From: Bacteroidota bacterium
GTDB lineage: Bacteria > Bacteroidota > Bacteroidia > Bacteroidales > Paludibacteraceae
Direction: 5' to 3'
Assembly (NCBI GenBank): GCA_046051105.1
Contig: JBJOOU010000308.1
Location: forward strand, 2,767-66,766
Length of the DNA: 64,000 nucleotides
Part shown: positions 39,126-48,783 of the stretch, piece by piece
Position numbering within the stretch: the first letter of the stretch is position 1
How the letters are laid out: the number at the start of each line of letters is the position of its first letter
The notes under the pieces: generated by a model
What the model saw: only the letters and a program-made list of their open reading frames with translations
What the model was told of the DNA's origin: nothing
Databases searched by the model: none
Position numbers and translations under genes: made by a program

Positions 39126-40067
39126 ATGTCTAAAGTAACCGTAGTAGGTGCCGGAAATGTAGGCGCTACCTGTGCAAATGTACTTGCATTCAACGAAGTG
39201 GCAGACGAAGTAGTAATGCTCGATGTAAAAGAAGGTGTTTCTGAAGGAAAAGCCCTTGATATGCTTCAAACAGCTTCGTTGCTGGGATTTGATTCGAAAA
39301 TTATTGGCTGTACCAACGATTATGCTCAAACAGCAGGGTCGGATGTGGTGGTTATCACCTCAGGTATTCCACGTAAACCAGGTATGACTCGTGAAGAATT
39401 GATCGGAGTTAATGCAGGTATTGTAAAAACAGTAGCTGACAATATTCTTAAATATTCTCCAAATGCAATCATCGTAGTGGTGTCAAACCCAATGGATACA
39501 ATGACCTATTTAGCATTGAAAGCTACAGGTCTTCCTAAAAACCGTGTAATCGGCATGGGTGGTACGCTGGACAGCTCACGTTTTAAATGCTATTTGAGCA
39601 AGGCACTGAATGCAAACCCAACTGAAGTTGAAGGTATGGTAATCGGTGGACATGGTGATACTACAATGATTCCTTTAACTCGTTTTGCTTCTTACCGCGG
39701 TCGTGCAGTTGCCGACTTGTTGGATGCTGAAACTTTGGCAAAAGTTGTAGCTGACACTATGGTTGGTGGTGCTACTCTTACAGGTTTGCTGGGAACTTCG
39801 GCTTGGTATGCTCCGGGAGCTGCTGCTGCTTATTTGGTAGAAGCTATTATCCACGATCAGAAAAAAATCATTCCTTGTTGTGTGTCGTTGGAAGGCGAAT
39901 ATGGACAAGAGGATATCTGTATCGGTGTGCCCGTATTGATTGGCAAAGACGGTGTAGAGGAGATTGTAGACTACAAATTGAATGCAGAAGAAATCGCATT
40001 GTTCGAAAAGAGCGCAGCTGCTGTACGCGCAACAAATAACGTATTGAAAGAAATCAACGTATTGTAA
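39126..40067 (+). CDS. mdh: Malate dehydrogenase (LDH-like)
   Basis: GAGNVG, PRKPGMTR, LDSSRF and GGHGD motifs. Confidence 0.96.
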   Translation: MSKVTVVGAGNVGATCANVLAFNEVADEVVMLDVKEGVSEGKALDMLQTASLLGFDSKIIGCTNDYAQTAGSDVVVITSGIPRKPGMTREELIGVNAGIVKTVADNILKYSPNAIIVVVSNPMDTMTYLALKATGLPKNRVIGMGGTLDSSRFKCYLSKALNANPTEVEGMVIGGHGDTTMIPLTRFASYRGRAVADLLDAETLAKVVADTMVGGATLTGLLGTSAWYAPGAAAAYLVEAIIHDQKKIIPCCVSLEGEYGQEDICIGVPVLIGKDGVEEIVDYKLNAEEIALFEKSAAAVRATNNVLKEINVL

Positions 40068-40088
40068 TTTCTAATCAGTCGATGCCAT

Positions 40089-40122
40089 AAAAGTCGCACC
40101 TATTTGAGGTCGCGACTTTTTT
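40089..40122 (+). terminator. Terminator after mdh
   Basis: AAAAGTCGC...GCGACTTTTTTT. Confidence 0.8.
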
Positions 40123-40302
40123 TGTTGTAATTATGTGTTTATTGTTTTTATTCCATATATGTATTCTCGTAGGTCGTGTTTAATGCCCTTTTCTGTTTAA
40201 AAATAGATAGTTATCTGAAAAAATTTAGATATTTATTCATGGATTTAGAAATATATTGTATCTTTGTACTGATTTCATATTAATAAATTTTCCAGCCAAA
40301 TT

Positions 40303-40710
40303 ATGTTAGAATCTCACCAATACCTACGTCAATTCTCCATAAAGCCATCTGTTCAACGATCGGCTGTGATGAATTTTTTGTTGAACAATCGTATTCACCC
40401 AACTATCGACGAGATTTATATGGCTCTCAGTCCATTAATGCCTACACTGTCTAAAACTACTGTTTATAATACTCTTGATTTGTTTGTAGAAAAAGGTGCT
40501 GTAAGAGAACTCGTCATCGATGATAAAAATGCCCGTTATGATGTAGATACTTCTGCTCACGCTCATTTTATCTGCAAAGGTTGTGGTAAAGTGCACGACA
40601 TCTTTAATGTAAATCCAAGTTATTTTGAATTGCCACAAAACGATATGTTCAATATTGATAGTGTAGAAATATCTTATTCAGGTATTTGCAAGTCCTGCGC
40701 AGGAAACTAA
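40303..40710 (+). CDS. Fur/PerR family transcriptional repressor
   Basis: HPTIDEIY, TTVYNTL, RYD, HAHFICKGCG and C-terminal CxxC. Confidence 0.92.
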   Translation: MLESHQYLRQFSIKPSVQRSAVMNFLLNNRIHPTIDEIYMALSPLMPTLSKTTVYNTLDLFVEKGAVRELVIDDKNARYDVDTSAHAHFICKGCGKVHDIFNVNPSYFELPQNDMFNIDSVEISYSGICKSCAGN

Positions 40711-40720
40711 GTCGTTTATT

Positions 40721-40774
40721 AGATATAAAAAAATAAGCACGCTGATTTTCAGTCGTGCTTATTTTTTTATATCT
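40721..40774. terminator. Long terminator hairpin (21-bp perfect arms)
   Basis: AGATATAAAAAAATAAGCACG...CGTGCTTATTTTTTTATATCT. Confidence 0.85.
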
Positions 40775-40924
40775 TTGGTGTATACTCGTTTTATTCAGGT
40801 GTTTGCTCTTAATGAATACGACGTATGGTATTGCTTCCGATTACCATTTCGGGAAAATCCATTATGGGAATGATTATAGTTTTGTATCTTCCGAAAGAGA
40901 ATTTAAGCAGTTAGTTGTAAGTGC

Positions 40925-42193
40925 ATGAAAAAGGTAATACTTCTATTTTTCGTTATGTCTTTGTTCTTTGGGGCTTATACTCAGGAGGTGAAGAAGGGAT
41001 TCAGTTTTGGAGCATTGCCTGCAATTTCGTATGAGTCTGATCTGGGCTTTCAGTATGGGGCGTTGGTCAATTTATATGATTATGGGGATGGAAAGTCATT
41101 TCCGGCTTATAATCATTCTTTATATATGGAGCTGTCTACATATACCAAAGGTAGGGTTGTTGCACGGGTTCGATATGACACGGAGAAGTTGATACCAAAA
41201 ATAAGATCAACTGTGGATGTAAGTTACATTACAGATCCGATTTCCGATTTTTATGGATTCAATGGGTATCAATCTGTTTATAATCCAGATTATAGTGGAA
41301 CGAATAAGGGATTTTATGGAAACTCTCAAGCCATGTTTCGTGCTAAGACTGATTTTCAGGGTAAATTTGGACATTCGCATTTTGGTTGGGTAGGTGGTTA
41401 TTCGTTCTATCAGTTCGATGTTGATACGTTAAACTTATCGAGGCTGGGTCGAAAATATGAAGGCGAGGGCTTGTTTCAAAAGTATAGGAGATGGGGCTTG
41501 GTTGAAGATGATGAAGCCTCGGGTGGAAATCTGAATTATCTCAAAGTTGGGCTGAAATATGATTCGCGCGACCAGTTAGCTTGTCCTACCCGTGGTATTT
41601 TTACTGAAGCGGTGATACAAGCTGCACCAAAGTATTTAAATAAGAATCCTCATTCTAAATTCTCGTTGATACATCGTCAGTACTATTCTCTGGCTAAGGA
41701 TTTGGTTTTTGCATACAGGCTGGATTATCAGGCTACGATTGGAGCCAATAAGGTGCCATTTTATGCTCAGCCTCTTTTGACTACCAGTTATTTGGTGGCT
41801 ATCACCAATCAGGGATTAGGAGGGAAAAGTTCGATAAGAGGCGCTTTGAGGAATAGAATTGTTGGTGATGATATCGCTTTTGGTAATTTCGAGTTGCGCT
41901 ATAAGTTGATTCGGTTCAATTTCTTGAAGCAAAGTTTTTATCTTGGCTCAAATTTATTTTTTGATTCAGGTGTGATATTGCAGCCGATTAAGATCGATTT
42001 TTCAAAAATAAGTAATGACGAACGAAAACTATATTTTGATGAATATGAATCCGGAAAGTTGCATTCAGCTTTGGGATTAGGCCTAAAAATTGGCTGGAAT
42101 GAAAATTTTGTAATTTCTACGGAGTATGGTAGGGCTTTGAATAAACAGGATGGCAAATCCGGAGTTTATATTGGGCTGAACTATCTTTTTTAA
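40925..42193 (+). CDS. Omp85/BamA-TamA family outer-membrane barrel without POTRA domains
   Basis: Signal peptide, YDSRD, IRG..NR..G...ELRY and C-terminal Phe; 422 aa. Confidence 0.75.
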   Translation: MKKVILLFFVMSLFFGAYTQEVKKGFSFGALPAISYESDLGFQYGALVNLYDYGDGKSFPAYNHSLYMELSTYTKGRVVARVRYDTEKLIPKIRSTVDVSYITDPISDFYGFNGYQSVYNPDYSGTNKGFYGNSQAMFRAKTDFQGKFGHSHFGWVGGYSFYQFDVDTLNLSRLGRKYEGEGLFQKYRRWGLVEDDEASGGNLNYLKVGLKYDSRDQLACPTRGIFTEAVIQAAPKYLNKNPHSKFSLIHRQYYSLAKDLVFAYRLDYQATIGANKVPFYAQPLLTTSYLVAITNQGLGGKSSIRGALRNRIVGDDIAFGNFELRYKLIRFNFLKQSFYLGSNLFFDSGVILQPIKIDFSKISNDERKLYFDEYESGKLHSALGLGLKIGWNENFVISTEYGRALNKQDGKSGVYIGLNYLF

Positions 42194-42205
42194 ACAATAA
42201 AATTA

Positions 42206-43306
42206 ATGATGAATTGGTTGTTGCTATTTGCAGGGATTGTTACTGTATTATACACTGTGTTGATATCGTTGCTATTTGTCGGTTGGCGGAAAGTGTATGC
42301 ATTTGTACCGAAAGGGAATGAGAAAATTAATGAACTTATTTCTGTGGTAGTGCCTTGCCGAAACGAAGAAAAGCACATTAGAAATTTGATTGGATGTTTG
42401 GCGCAACAAAGCAACCAAAATTTTGAGCTTATCCTGGTGAATGATCACTCTACTGATGCTACCAGAAACTATATCAAAACTGCTCAACTTCAATTTCCCA
42501 AAATTGAGATTATAGATGCCCAGGGTTACGGGAAGAAGAATGCTCTGAAAGAAGGCATTTTAAGTGCAAAAGGCGAACTGATTGTTACGACAGATGCTGA
42601 TTGCTTGCCTTCGTACCATTGGCTGGAATCGATTGCCTGTTTTCAACAGCGCAATCATTGCGATTTGATTATTTGTCCTGTCAAATTATCTGGTAAGGAT
42701 AGTTTTCTTTCATATTTACAGATATTGGAATTTACAAGTTTGGTGGCTTCTGCTGCTGGTTCGTCTGGCGTAGGGATGCCGATATTATGCAATGGCTCAA
42801 ATCTGGTTTTTAGGAAAAAAATATGGTTGCGTTCTCAAAAAGATTTGCATCCTGAAGAACAGTCGGGCGATGATATATTTTTATTGGAGAGCATTAAAAA
42901 GCACAAAGGAAAGATTCGCTTTTTGAAATCTGAATCGGCATTTGTAACCACTCGTCAGGCTGAAACTTTGGGGCAACTGATACGTCAGCGCAGACGTTGG
43001 TCTTCAAAATCGGTAATGTATACCGACTGGCAAATGATTGCAGTAGCATTGATCGTATTTGGAATATCGGTTATGCAGCTATTGCTTGGGGTATTGGCCG
43101 TAGATTCTTTAAAATTTCTGATCGCTTTTGGAGTTGTGTTTGTCTTCAAGTATATTATCGATTCAATCTTCTTATCGTCAGTGAGTAAATTTTTTCAGCT
43201 GAATAATATCTGGCTATATTCCTTTCTATTATCGGTATTTTATCCGATATATGTGGTAACAGTTGCGACTTCAGCCTTTGTGTACAGACCTAAGCACTGG
43301 AACTAA
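42206..43306 (+). CDS. Family 2 glycosyltransferase
   Basis: VVPCRNEE, NDHSTD, TTDAD, SGDD and QRRRW motifs; TM helices at both ends. Confidence 0.93.
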   Translation: MMNWLLLFAGIVTVLYTVLISLLFVGWRKVYAFVPKGNEKINELISVVVPCRNEEKHIRNLIGCLAQQSNQNFELILVNDHSTDATRNYIKTAQLQFPKIEIIDAQGYGKKNALKEGILSAKGELIVTTDADCLPSYHWLESIACFQQRNHCDLIICPVKLSGKDSFLSYLQILEFTSLVASAAGSSGVGMPILCNGSNLVFRKKIWLRSQKDLHPEEQSGDDIFLLESIKKHKGKIRFLKSESAFVTTRQAETLGQLIRQRRRWSSKSVMYTDWQMIAVALIVFGISVMQLLLGVLAVDSLKFLIAFGVVFVFKYIIDSIFLSSVSKFFQLNNIWLYSFLLSVFYPIYVVTVATSAFVYRPKHWN

Positions 43307-43761
43307 CGCGAAATATATAGAATGTCGCCGTTAAGAACGGCCTTATATCTGCGCAAAGCTTCTTTTGAAGGCCCTGAAACGGGATAACCAAATCCAGACG
43401 ACACATCGTATATCGTTTTGCAACTATCACATGTAAATTTGAATTCTAATTTGCTGTCGCTATTGGGGCGGATTTTTATTTTCCTTTTGTGTTCGTATGG
43501 GCAGCATAAATCGTATGCAAAATAGCTTTCCACTCCACAGTAAACTAAGATTCCACCGTAACCAACCGCATCAGTGACTAATATTGGCTTTTCGAAAAGC
43601 AGATAGCTGTACGGGTTGTTTCTGAAAGTGGGGTAGGTGGTAGTCAAATTTAGTTGTAAATTCACATAGCTGTCAGGTACAGAGGAGATAACCGTGTCGT
43701 TGCAGCCTGTGAGGAGTAACGACACGATTCCAAAAGCGAAGTATCTTAAAGTACGAGTCAT
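43303..43761 (-). CDS. Lipoprotein with Rieske-like fold (non-canonical ligands)
   Basis: Lipobox LLTG-C; AYDLCCPYE...CDSC.TIYD...G.P..GP...LRRY pattern. Confidence 0.65.
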   Translation of the reverse strand: MTRTLRYFAFGIVSLLLTGCNDTVISSVPDSYVNLQLNLTTTYPTFRNNPYSYLLFEKPILVTDAVGYGGILVYCGVESYFAYDLCCPYEHKRKIKIRPNSDSKLEFKFTCDSCKTIYDVSSGFGYPVSGPSKEALRRYKAVLNGDILYISR

Positions 43762-43765
43762 TTGT

Positions 43766-44764
43766 TTATCCTTGTTCTCCGATTAACCAAAGTTCCTCGT
43801 CGGTGAAAGTGCAGTTTTTCATGGCCTCTAAATTGTCTTCCAACTGTTTAACAGAACTTGTGCCAATGATTACAGAGTTTATTTCCGGACGGTGAAAGCA
43901 CCAGGCCAAAGCCATTTGTGCCAATGTTTGTCCGCGCTGGCCTGCTATTTCGTTTAAGCGGGCTATTTTGGCTATAATTTCAGGGGTTAGCTGGCTTTTT
44001 TGCAGAAATCCATGTTCCAGTGCTGCTCGTGAATGCTCAGGAATGCCATGTAAATACTTGTCAGTAAGCATACCCTGTGCCAATGGTGAAAAGGCAATGA
44101 CTCCTACGCCTTGTTCGGCTGCCAACGGAAGAACATCCTGTTCGATACCACGAGTGAAAATATTGTATCTGTCCTGATTGATCAGACAGGGAGTGCCATT
44201 ACTGCGCAGGATGTGATAAGCTTCTCTGGCCACATCTGCAGGGTATTTCGATATCCCAACATATTGCGCTTTTCCTTGTTTTACGATGTCGGATAATGCC
44301 CCCATTGTTTCCTCCAGTGGGGTGTTAGGGTCGTAGCGGTGGCTGTAAAATATATCCACATAGTCCAGTTGCATTCTCTTCAAGCTTTGATCAAGGCTAG
44401 CCATCAGGTATTTACGTGATCCGCCATCTCCGTATGGTCCCGGCCACATAATGTGCCCGGCCTTGGAACTGATAATCATTTCGTCACGATATCCGGAAAA
44501 ATTATTCTTGAGTATTTTTCCAAAGTTGTTTTCTGCACTACCATATGGAGTTCCGTAATTGTTGGCCAGATCAAAATGTGTGATTCCATGATCAAATGCA
44601 TATTTCAGCATATTTAGCGCCTCATTCTGGTCGTCGATGTCGCCAAAGTTATGCCATAGCCCCAACGATATTTTAGGGAGCATAAGTCCGCTTTTTCCAC
44701 ATCTATTAAATCCTGCAGAGTTCGTGTAACGATCTTGTGCAGGTTTATACTCACTTTTTGGCAT
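43766..44764 (-). CDS. Aldo/keto reductase, L-glyceraldehyde-3-phosphate reductase (YghZ/Gpr)-like
   Basis: SLGLWHNFG, GITHFDLANNYG, WPGPYG, SRKYL and DIFYSHR motifs. Confidence 0.92.
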   Translation of the reverse strand: MPKSEYKPAQDRYTNSAGFNRCGKSGLMLPKISLGLWHNFGDIDDQNEALNMLKYAFDHGITHFDLANNYGTPYGSAENNFGKILKNNFSGYRDEMIISSKAGHIMWPGPYGDGGSRKYLMASLDQSLKRMQLDYVDIFYSHRYDPNTPLEETMGALSDIVKQGKAQYVGISKYPADVAREAYHILRSNGTPCLINQDRYNIFTRGIEQDVLPLAAEQGVGVIAFSPLAQGMLTDKYLHGIPEHSRAALEHGFLQKSQLTPEIIAKIARLNEIAGQRGQTLAQMALAWCFHRPEINSVIIGTSSVKQLEDNLEAMKNCTFTDEELWLIGEQG

Positions 44765-44777
44765 GATAACTTGGTGA

Positions 44778-45380
44778 TTAGAATTTTACGGTTGGGGCTT
44801 TTTCAGCAGCTTTATCAGCTTCGAAATAAGGTTTTGCTTCAAAATTCCCAAATGAGGCTACAATATTTCTGGGGAACGTGCGGATAGCTGTATTATATTC
44901 CTGAGCTGACTCGTTGAAACGGGTGCGCTCAACAGAAATTCTGTTTTCAGTACCTTCGATTTGCGCTTGTAATTCGATGAAGTTTTTGTCTGCTTTTAGC
45001 TCAGGATAAGTTTCTTTTAGCATAATCAGTCTACCCAGTGCAGCAGAAATCTGGCCTTGAGCAGCCTGAAATTCCTGAAGTTTTTCAGCCGTAATTTTAG
45101 TCGGGTCAATGGTTACCTGTGTCGCTTTTGCCCTGGCAGCTATTACTCCTTCCAGAGTAGTTTGCTCGTGAGTGGCATATCCTTTTACGGTTGCTACTAA
45201 GTTAGGAATCAAATCGGCGCGTCTTTGATATTGTGTTTCGACATTCCCCCATTGACTTTTTACAGCTTCATCCATGCGAACCAATCCATTGTATGAAGAG
45301 GTGAAACTTGAAAATATGATTATACCCAAAATTACAATAGATCCCAAAACTGCTATAAGAATGATAGTGCTTTTTTTCAT
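44778..45380 (-). CDS. lemA: LemA family protein
   Basis: YQRRADLIPNLV, YPELKA and EGTENRI motifs. Confidence 0.95.
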   Translation of the reverse strand: MKKSTIILIAVLGSIVILGIIIFSSFTSSYNGLVRMDEAVKSQWGNVETQYQRRADLIPNLVATVKGYATHEQTTLEGVIAARAKATQVTIDPTKITAEKLQEFQAAQGQISAALGRLIMLKETYPELKADKNFIELQAQIEGTENRISVERTRFNESAQEYNTAIRTFPRNIVASFGNFEAKPYFEADKAAEKAPTVKF

Positions 45381-45444
45381 TTTTGTGTCATTTTAAAAAT
45401 TAATAGTTGATGTATATTTAAAACGAAATAATTAGTCGAATAGT

Positions 45445-46779
45445 TTACCAGCTGCTGGTAGAGCCACCACCACCGGACATGCCACCGCCAAAACTTCCTC
45501 CGCCGAAACCTCCACCGTTGTCGCTGCCAAAGCCGCCACTTCCACTGAAAAGGCTTCCGCCTACGGCGCCTCCTACAATAGCTGAGCTATTACGGGTGAT
45601 TCTGGGTAAATTGTGATTGTCATTTTCTTCGTATCCACAGTATTTGCAACGGTAGGTCAGACGCTCATTCCCGGGACTTAAATATGTAGGAGCTACGGTT
45701 ATTCTACGTTCGTCAAGTATAAATGCCTTTGTATTGCACTTAGGGCATGGCGTGTATTGGCTGGGTTTATCTAAGGTGAAAATTGCTTCGTTTTTGCATG
45801 ATCCGCATACAAAAACGTCGTAATCAACAGCATGTAATTGTTCTTCAAACTGCTGAGCCAGTTTGAGATGTGCATCTTCTTGTTTTTCTGATAGAATATG
45901 CATCATTCCTCCACATTCATTGCACTGAATGGGTTGTCTCCTGATTTTACGCATCATGTATAGGGCGAATGCATTTGAGGGAACAGCAGTGAACGGCACT
46001 GGTAAGATGAAAATCAGAAATACCGGAGTGCCAAAGAATAGAATAAGAACAACGCCTACGATAGATGCGGCTACAGCAAATGTGCCAATAATACCGTTCT
46101 TCTGTGATTTAAGAGCTTTGTATCTGTCGATGTTATAGCGGTACTTGCTGTTTTTTTGTATTTGTACGGTTGTTTGGTTGACCCAAATAAAGCAAATGAG
46201 CGCTAATAAAAGGTAAGCTGCAATGGCTATTGAAGAAGCAAAAGTCCAGTCAATGGTGGGTTGTTGAACCTTTGCTGCTGGTTTTTCATTTTTCAGGATT
46301 GATACTAACCGTTTTGTTCCGGCAAGAATCCCTGCATCGTAATTTCCGGTTTTGAATTCAGGCACCATATCTTCCATCTGTATTCTTTTACAAATAGCGT
46401 CTGGCAATACACCCTCGATTCCGTAGCCTGTTTCAAACTTAATTTTCTTCTGATCCAGTACAAATAAAACCAGTAACCCATTGTCAGCTTTTGCTTTGCC
46501 GATACCCCATTTTTTGAATAAATCTACTGCAAAGGATTCAATATTTGCTTCGCCAATCGACTGTACTGCCACGATGGCTACTTCAATGTCGGTCTTCTGC
46601 CTGAGCAGATCGAGTTCGGTGTTTATTTCACTTACCGTAGAACTGCTTAATATGCCTGATGGGTTACTAACATAATTGTGAGCGTCCAACTTCTGCGGAT
46701 TAGGAATTGAGTCAATCAACGATTGACTATGTCCCAATAAGGAAAAGGTAATGAGCAATAAAAGAAGTCGTGTTTTCAT
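45445..46779 (-). CDS. TPM-domain membrane protein with four CxxC motifs and Gly-rich tail
   Basis: WGIGK..DNGLL, ETGYGIEGVLPD, GGGSFGGGMSGGGG..W; start taken at MKTRL. Confidence 0.9.
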   Translation of the reverse strand: MKTRLLLLLITFSLLGHSQSLIDSIPNPQKLDAHNYVSNPSGILSSSTVSEINTELDLLRQKTDIEVAIVAVQSIGEANIESFAVDLFKKWGIGKAKADNGLLVLFVLDQKKIKFETGYGIEGVLPDAICKRIQMEDMVPEFKTGNYDAGILAGTKRLVSILKNEKPAAKVQQPTIDWTFASSIAIAAYLLLALICFIWVNQTTVQIQKNSKYRYNIDRYKALKSQKNGIIGTFAVAASIVGVVLILFFGTPVFLIFILPVPFTAVPSNAFALYMMRKIRRQPIQCNECGGMMHILSEKQEDAHLKLAQQFEEQLHAVDYDVFVCGSCKNEAIFTLDKPSQYTPCPKCNTKAFILDERRITVAPTYLSPGNERLTYRCKYCGYEENDNHNLPRITRNSSAIVGGAVGGSLFSGSGGFGSDNGGGFGGGSFGGGMSGGGGSTSSW

Positions 46780-46848
46780 GGATAGTGTATGGATGTCGGT
46801 TATACTCGAGTAAATCAATAAACAACTTTATGCTCTTTATTGTATTAG

Positions 46849-47376
46849 TTAATATGAGTCGAGAATGGTAATGTCAAACTTTAAAACCGAATAGGCAGGA
46901 ACTTCATATTCGGTTGTGATTGAATCATAGGCCATTGAACTAGGTATATATGCTCTAAATTGACTTCCAGAGGGGATTTTATGCATCAATTCTTGCCACC
47001 CTTTTATAACTCCACTCATGCTAAAGGAAGCTGAGTCTGCACTATCAAATACAGTTCCATCTATTAGATATCCTTTGTAATCGAGATAGATATAGTCATT
47101 GGCATTTAAGCTTGCATATCTACCTAATGAGTCGTATTTGATAATTTGATAGTATATTCCACTTTTGGTTTTTGTGAAAGGAAGATATACAGTAGTGTCT
47201 TTGCCACTTAGTGTCTTAGTGGGGAATTTATATGTTTTATACTTAGCAACAGTGTCCTCAAGGGTTGCGTAGAAATGGTCATTGAGAAGTTTCCAGTCCA
47301 TTGTTTCCTTTTCTGTGCAGGAATAGAGTATCGAAAATAAGAATAAAATCAGTGAAAATAAAGCGGCCTTCTTCAT
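46849..47376 (-). CDS. FKBP-type peptidyl-prolyl isomerase-like lipoprotein
   Basis: Lipobox LYS-C; YKGYLIDGTVFDS, VIKGWQE, YIPSSMAY and PAYSVLKF. Confidence 0.85.
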   Translation of the reverse strand: MKKAALFSLILFLFSILYSCTEKETMDWKLLNDHFYATLEDTVAKYKTYKFPTKTLSGKDTTVYLPFTKTKSGIYYQIIKYDSLGRYASLNANDYIYLDYKGYLIDGTVFDSADSASFSMSGVIKGWQELMHKIPSGSQFRAYIPSSMAYDSITTEYEVPAYSVLKFDITILDSY

Positions 47377-47396
47377 ATGTAAATTGTTATTGTAGA

Positions 47397-48776
47397 CTAT
47401 TTTGATTTGTTTGTTGATTTGTATTGTTCAGAGAATGATTTCTTGGCAAATGCGGGCATTTCACGTTTTGGCCCCCAGCCGAAGTAGCTGAATGGTTTCG
47501 TTCCCATAGTTTTGATCGCGCCTGGAAAGAAATTAAAGGCTGATCTGCTTGAACCAATTGTTTTGAAACCCTGCATAAATAATTTTTCGGACATGGGTCT
47601 GAGATTTTGTTCTACGGCTTTCCGCCTGTTGGCAAGAAGTATGTCGGTCAGTGGTATTTTTACCGGGCAAACCTCAACGCATTTTCCACAAAGTGAGGAA
47701 GCAAAACTCAAATGTGAGAAATCCTTGAATCCTTTTAGGAATGGGGTGAGTACCGACCCAATTGGTCCGCTATATGTGGTGTCGTAGGTATAACCTCCCA
47801 CTGTTTTATACACCGGACAGCCATTCAAACAAGCTCCACAGCGTATACAGGCCAGTGATTCGTATCCTTCATCGTCGTTGTAAACGTTGGTTCGACCATT
47901 ATCCAATAAAATTACAATCATTTTTTCAGGACCATCTACCTCGTTTTGCTGACGTGGCCCGGTGAAAATTGTATTGTAAGCTGTCATTTGCTGACCTGTT
48001 CCGTGAGCGGACAACAGCGGATAGAATAAGCCTAACTGGCTCATTTTTGGCAATATCTTCTCAATACCAGCAATTACGATATGCACTTTAGGAAAGGCAG
48101 TTGTCATTAGCCCGTTTCCTTCGTTTTCGGTAACTGATATTCCTCCAATATCGGCAATCAAGAAGTTGGCTCCAGTAACACCTACCTGAGCTGTTGTGTA
48201 TTTTTTTCGTAGAACCTGTCGGACATACTCTGTCATTTCTTCGGGTGTGCTATCGATGGGAGTCTCGAACTTTTCGTTGAAAAGTTTTGCGATATCTCCT
48301 TTCGATTTATGCATAGCCGGCGTCACAATATGGTAAGGGCGTTCACCAGCCACTTGTACAATAAATTCCCCCAGGTCGGTTTCTACCGATTCGCATCCGA
48401 TGCTTTCGGCAGTATGGTTCAACTCGATCTCTTCAGTAGTCATCGATTTGCTTTTTACAAGCAATCGAGCCTCATTTTTGATGAGAATTTCTTTGATATA
48501 TGCTGTCGCCTCTTGTGTATCAGTTGCCCAAAGTACTTCAGCACCCCGCGAGCTAATGTTTTTCTCAAACTCAAGAAGGTATTTACTCCAATTGGCAAGA
48601 ACATCCCGCTTAATGGCTGCCGCCGAAGATTTTGCCAGCTCTACGTTTTTATAGCGCGCCATTCCCTTACTCACTGCCTGATCATAGCGTGAGATGTTGA
48701 ATTTTATCGTGTTCCGATGTTTTTGATCGAAAGCGATAGCTTCAGCTGCGTGTGTAAATTTACTGGCTTGTGACAT
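47397..48776 (-). CDS. lutB: Lactate utilization protein B (LutB/LldF Fe-S subunit)
   Basis: VKSKSMTTEE, ETDLGEFIVQ, CIRCGACLNGCPVY and LCGKCVEVCPV; start taken at MSQAS. Confidence 0.92.
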   Translation of the reverse strand: MSQASKFTHAAEAIAFDQKHRNTIKFNISRYDQAVSKGMARYKNVELAKSSAAAIKRDVLANWSKYLLEFEKNISSRGAEVLWATDTQEATAYIKEILIKNEARLLVKSKSMTTEEIELNHTAESIGCESVETDLGEFIVQVAGERPYHIVTPAMHKSKGDIAKLFNEKFETPIDSTPEEMTEYVRQVLRKKYTTAQVGVTGANFLIADIGGISVTENEGNGLMTTAFPKVHIVIAGIEKILPKMSQLGLFYPLLSAHGTGQQMTAYNTIFTGPRQQNEVDGPEKMIVILLDNGRTNVYNDDEGYESLACIRCGACLNGCPVYKTVGGYTYDTTYSGPIGSVLTPFLKGFKDFSHLSFASSLCGKCVEVCPVKIPLTDILLANRRKAVEQNLRPMSEKLFMQGFKTIGSSRSAFNFFPGAIKTMGTKPFSYFGWGPKREMPAFAKKSFSEQYKSTNKSK

Positions 48777-48783
48777 GAAAAAA

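Noticed and set aside
40223-40252. ATTTAGA(T/A)AT direct repeat at 20-bp spacing upstream of the Fur-family gene
   Set aside because: Only two copies in very AT-rich DNA; cannot be distinguished from chance.
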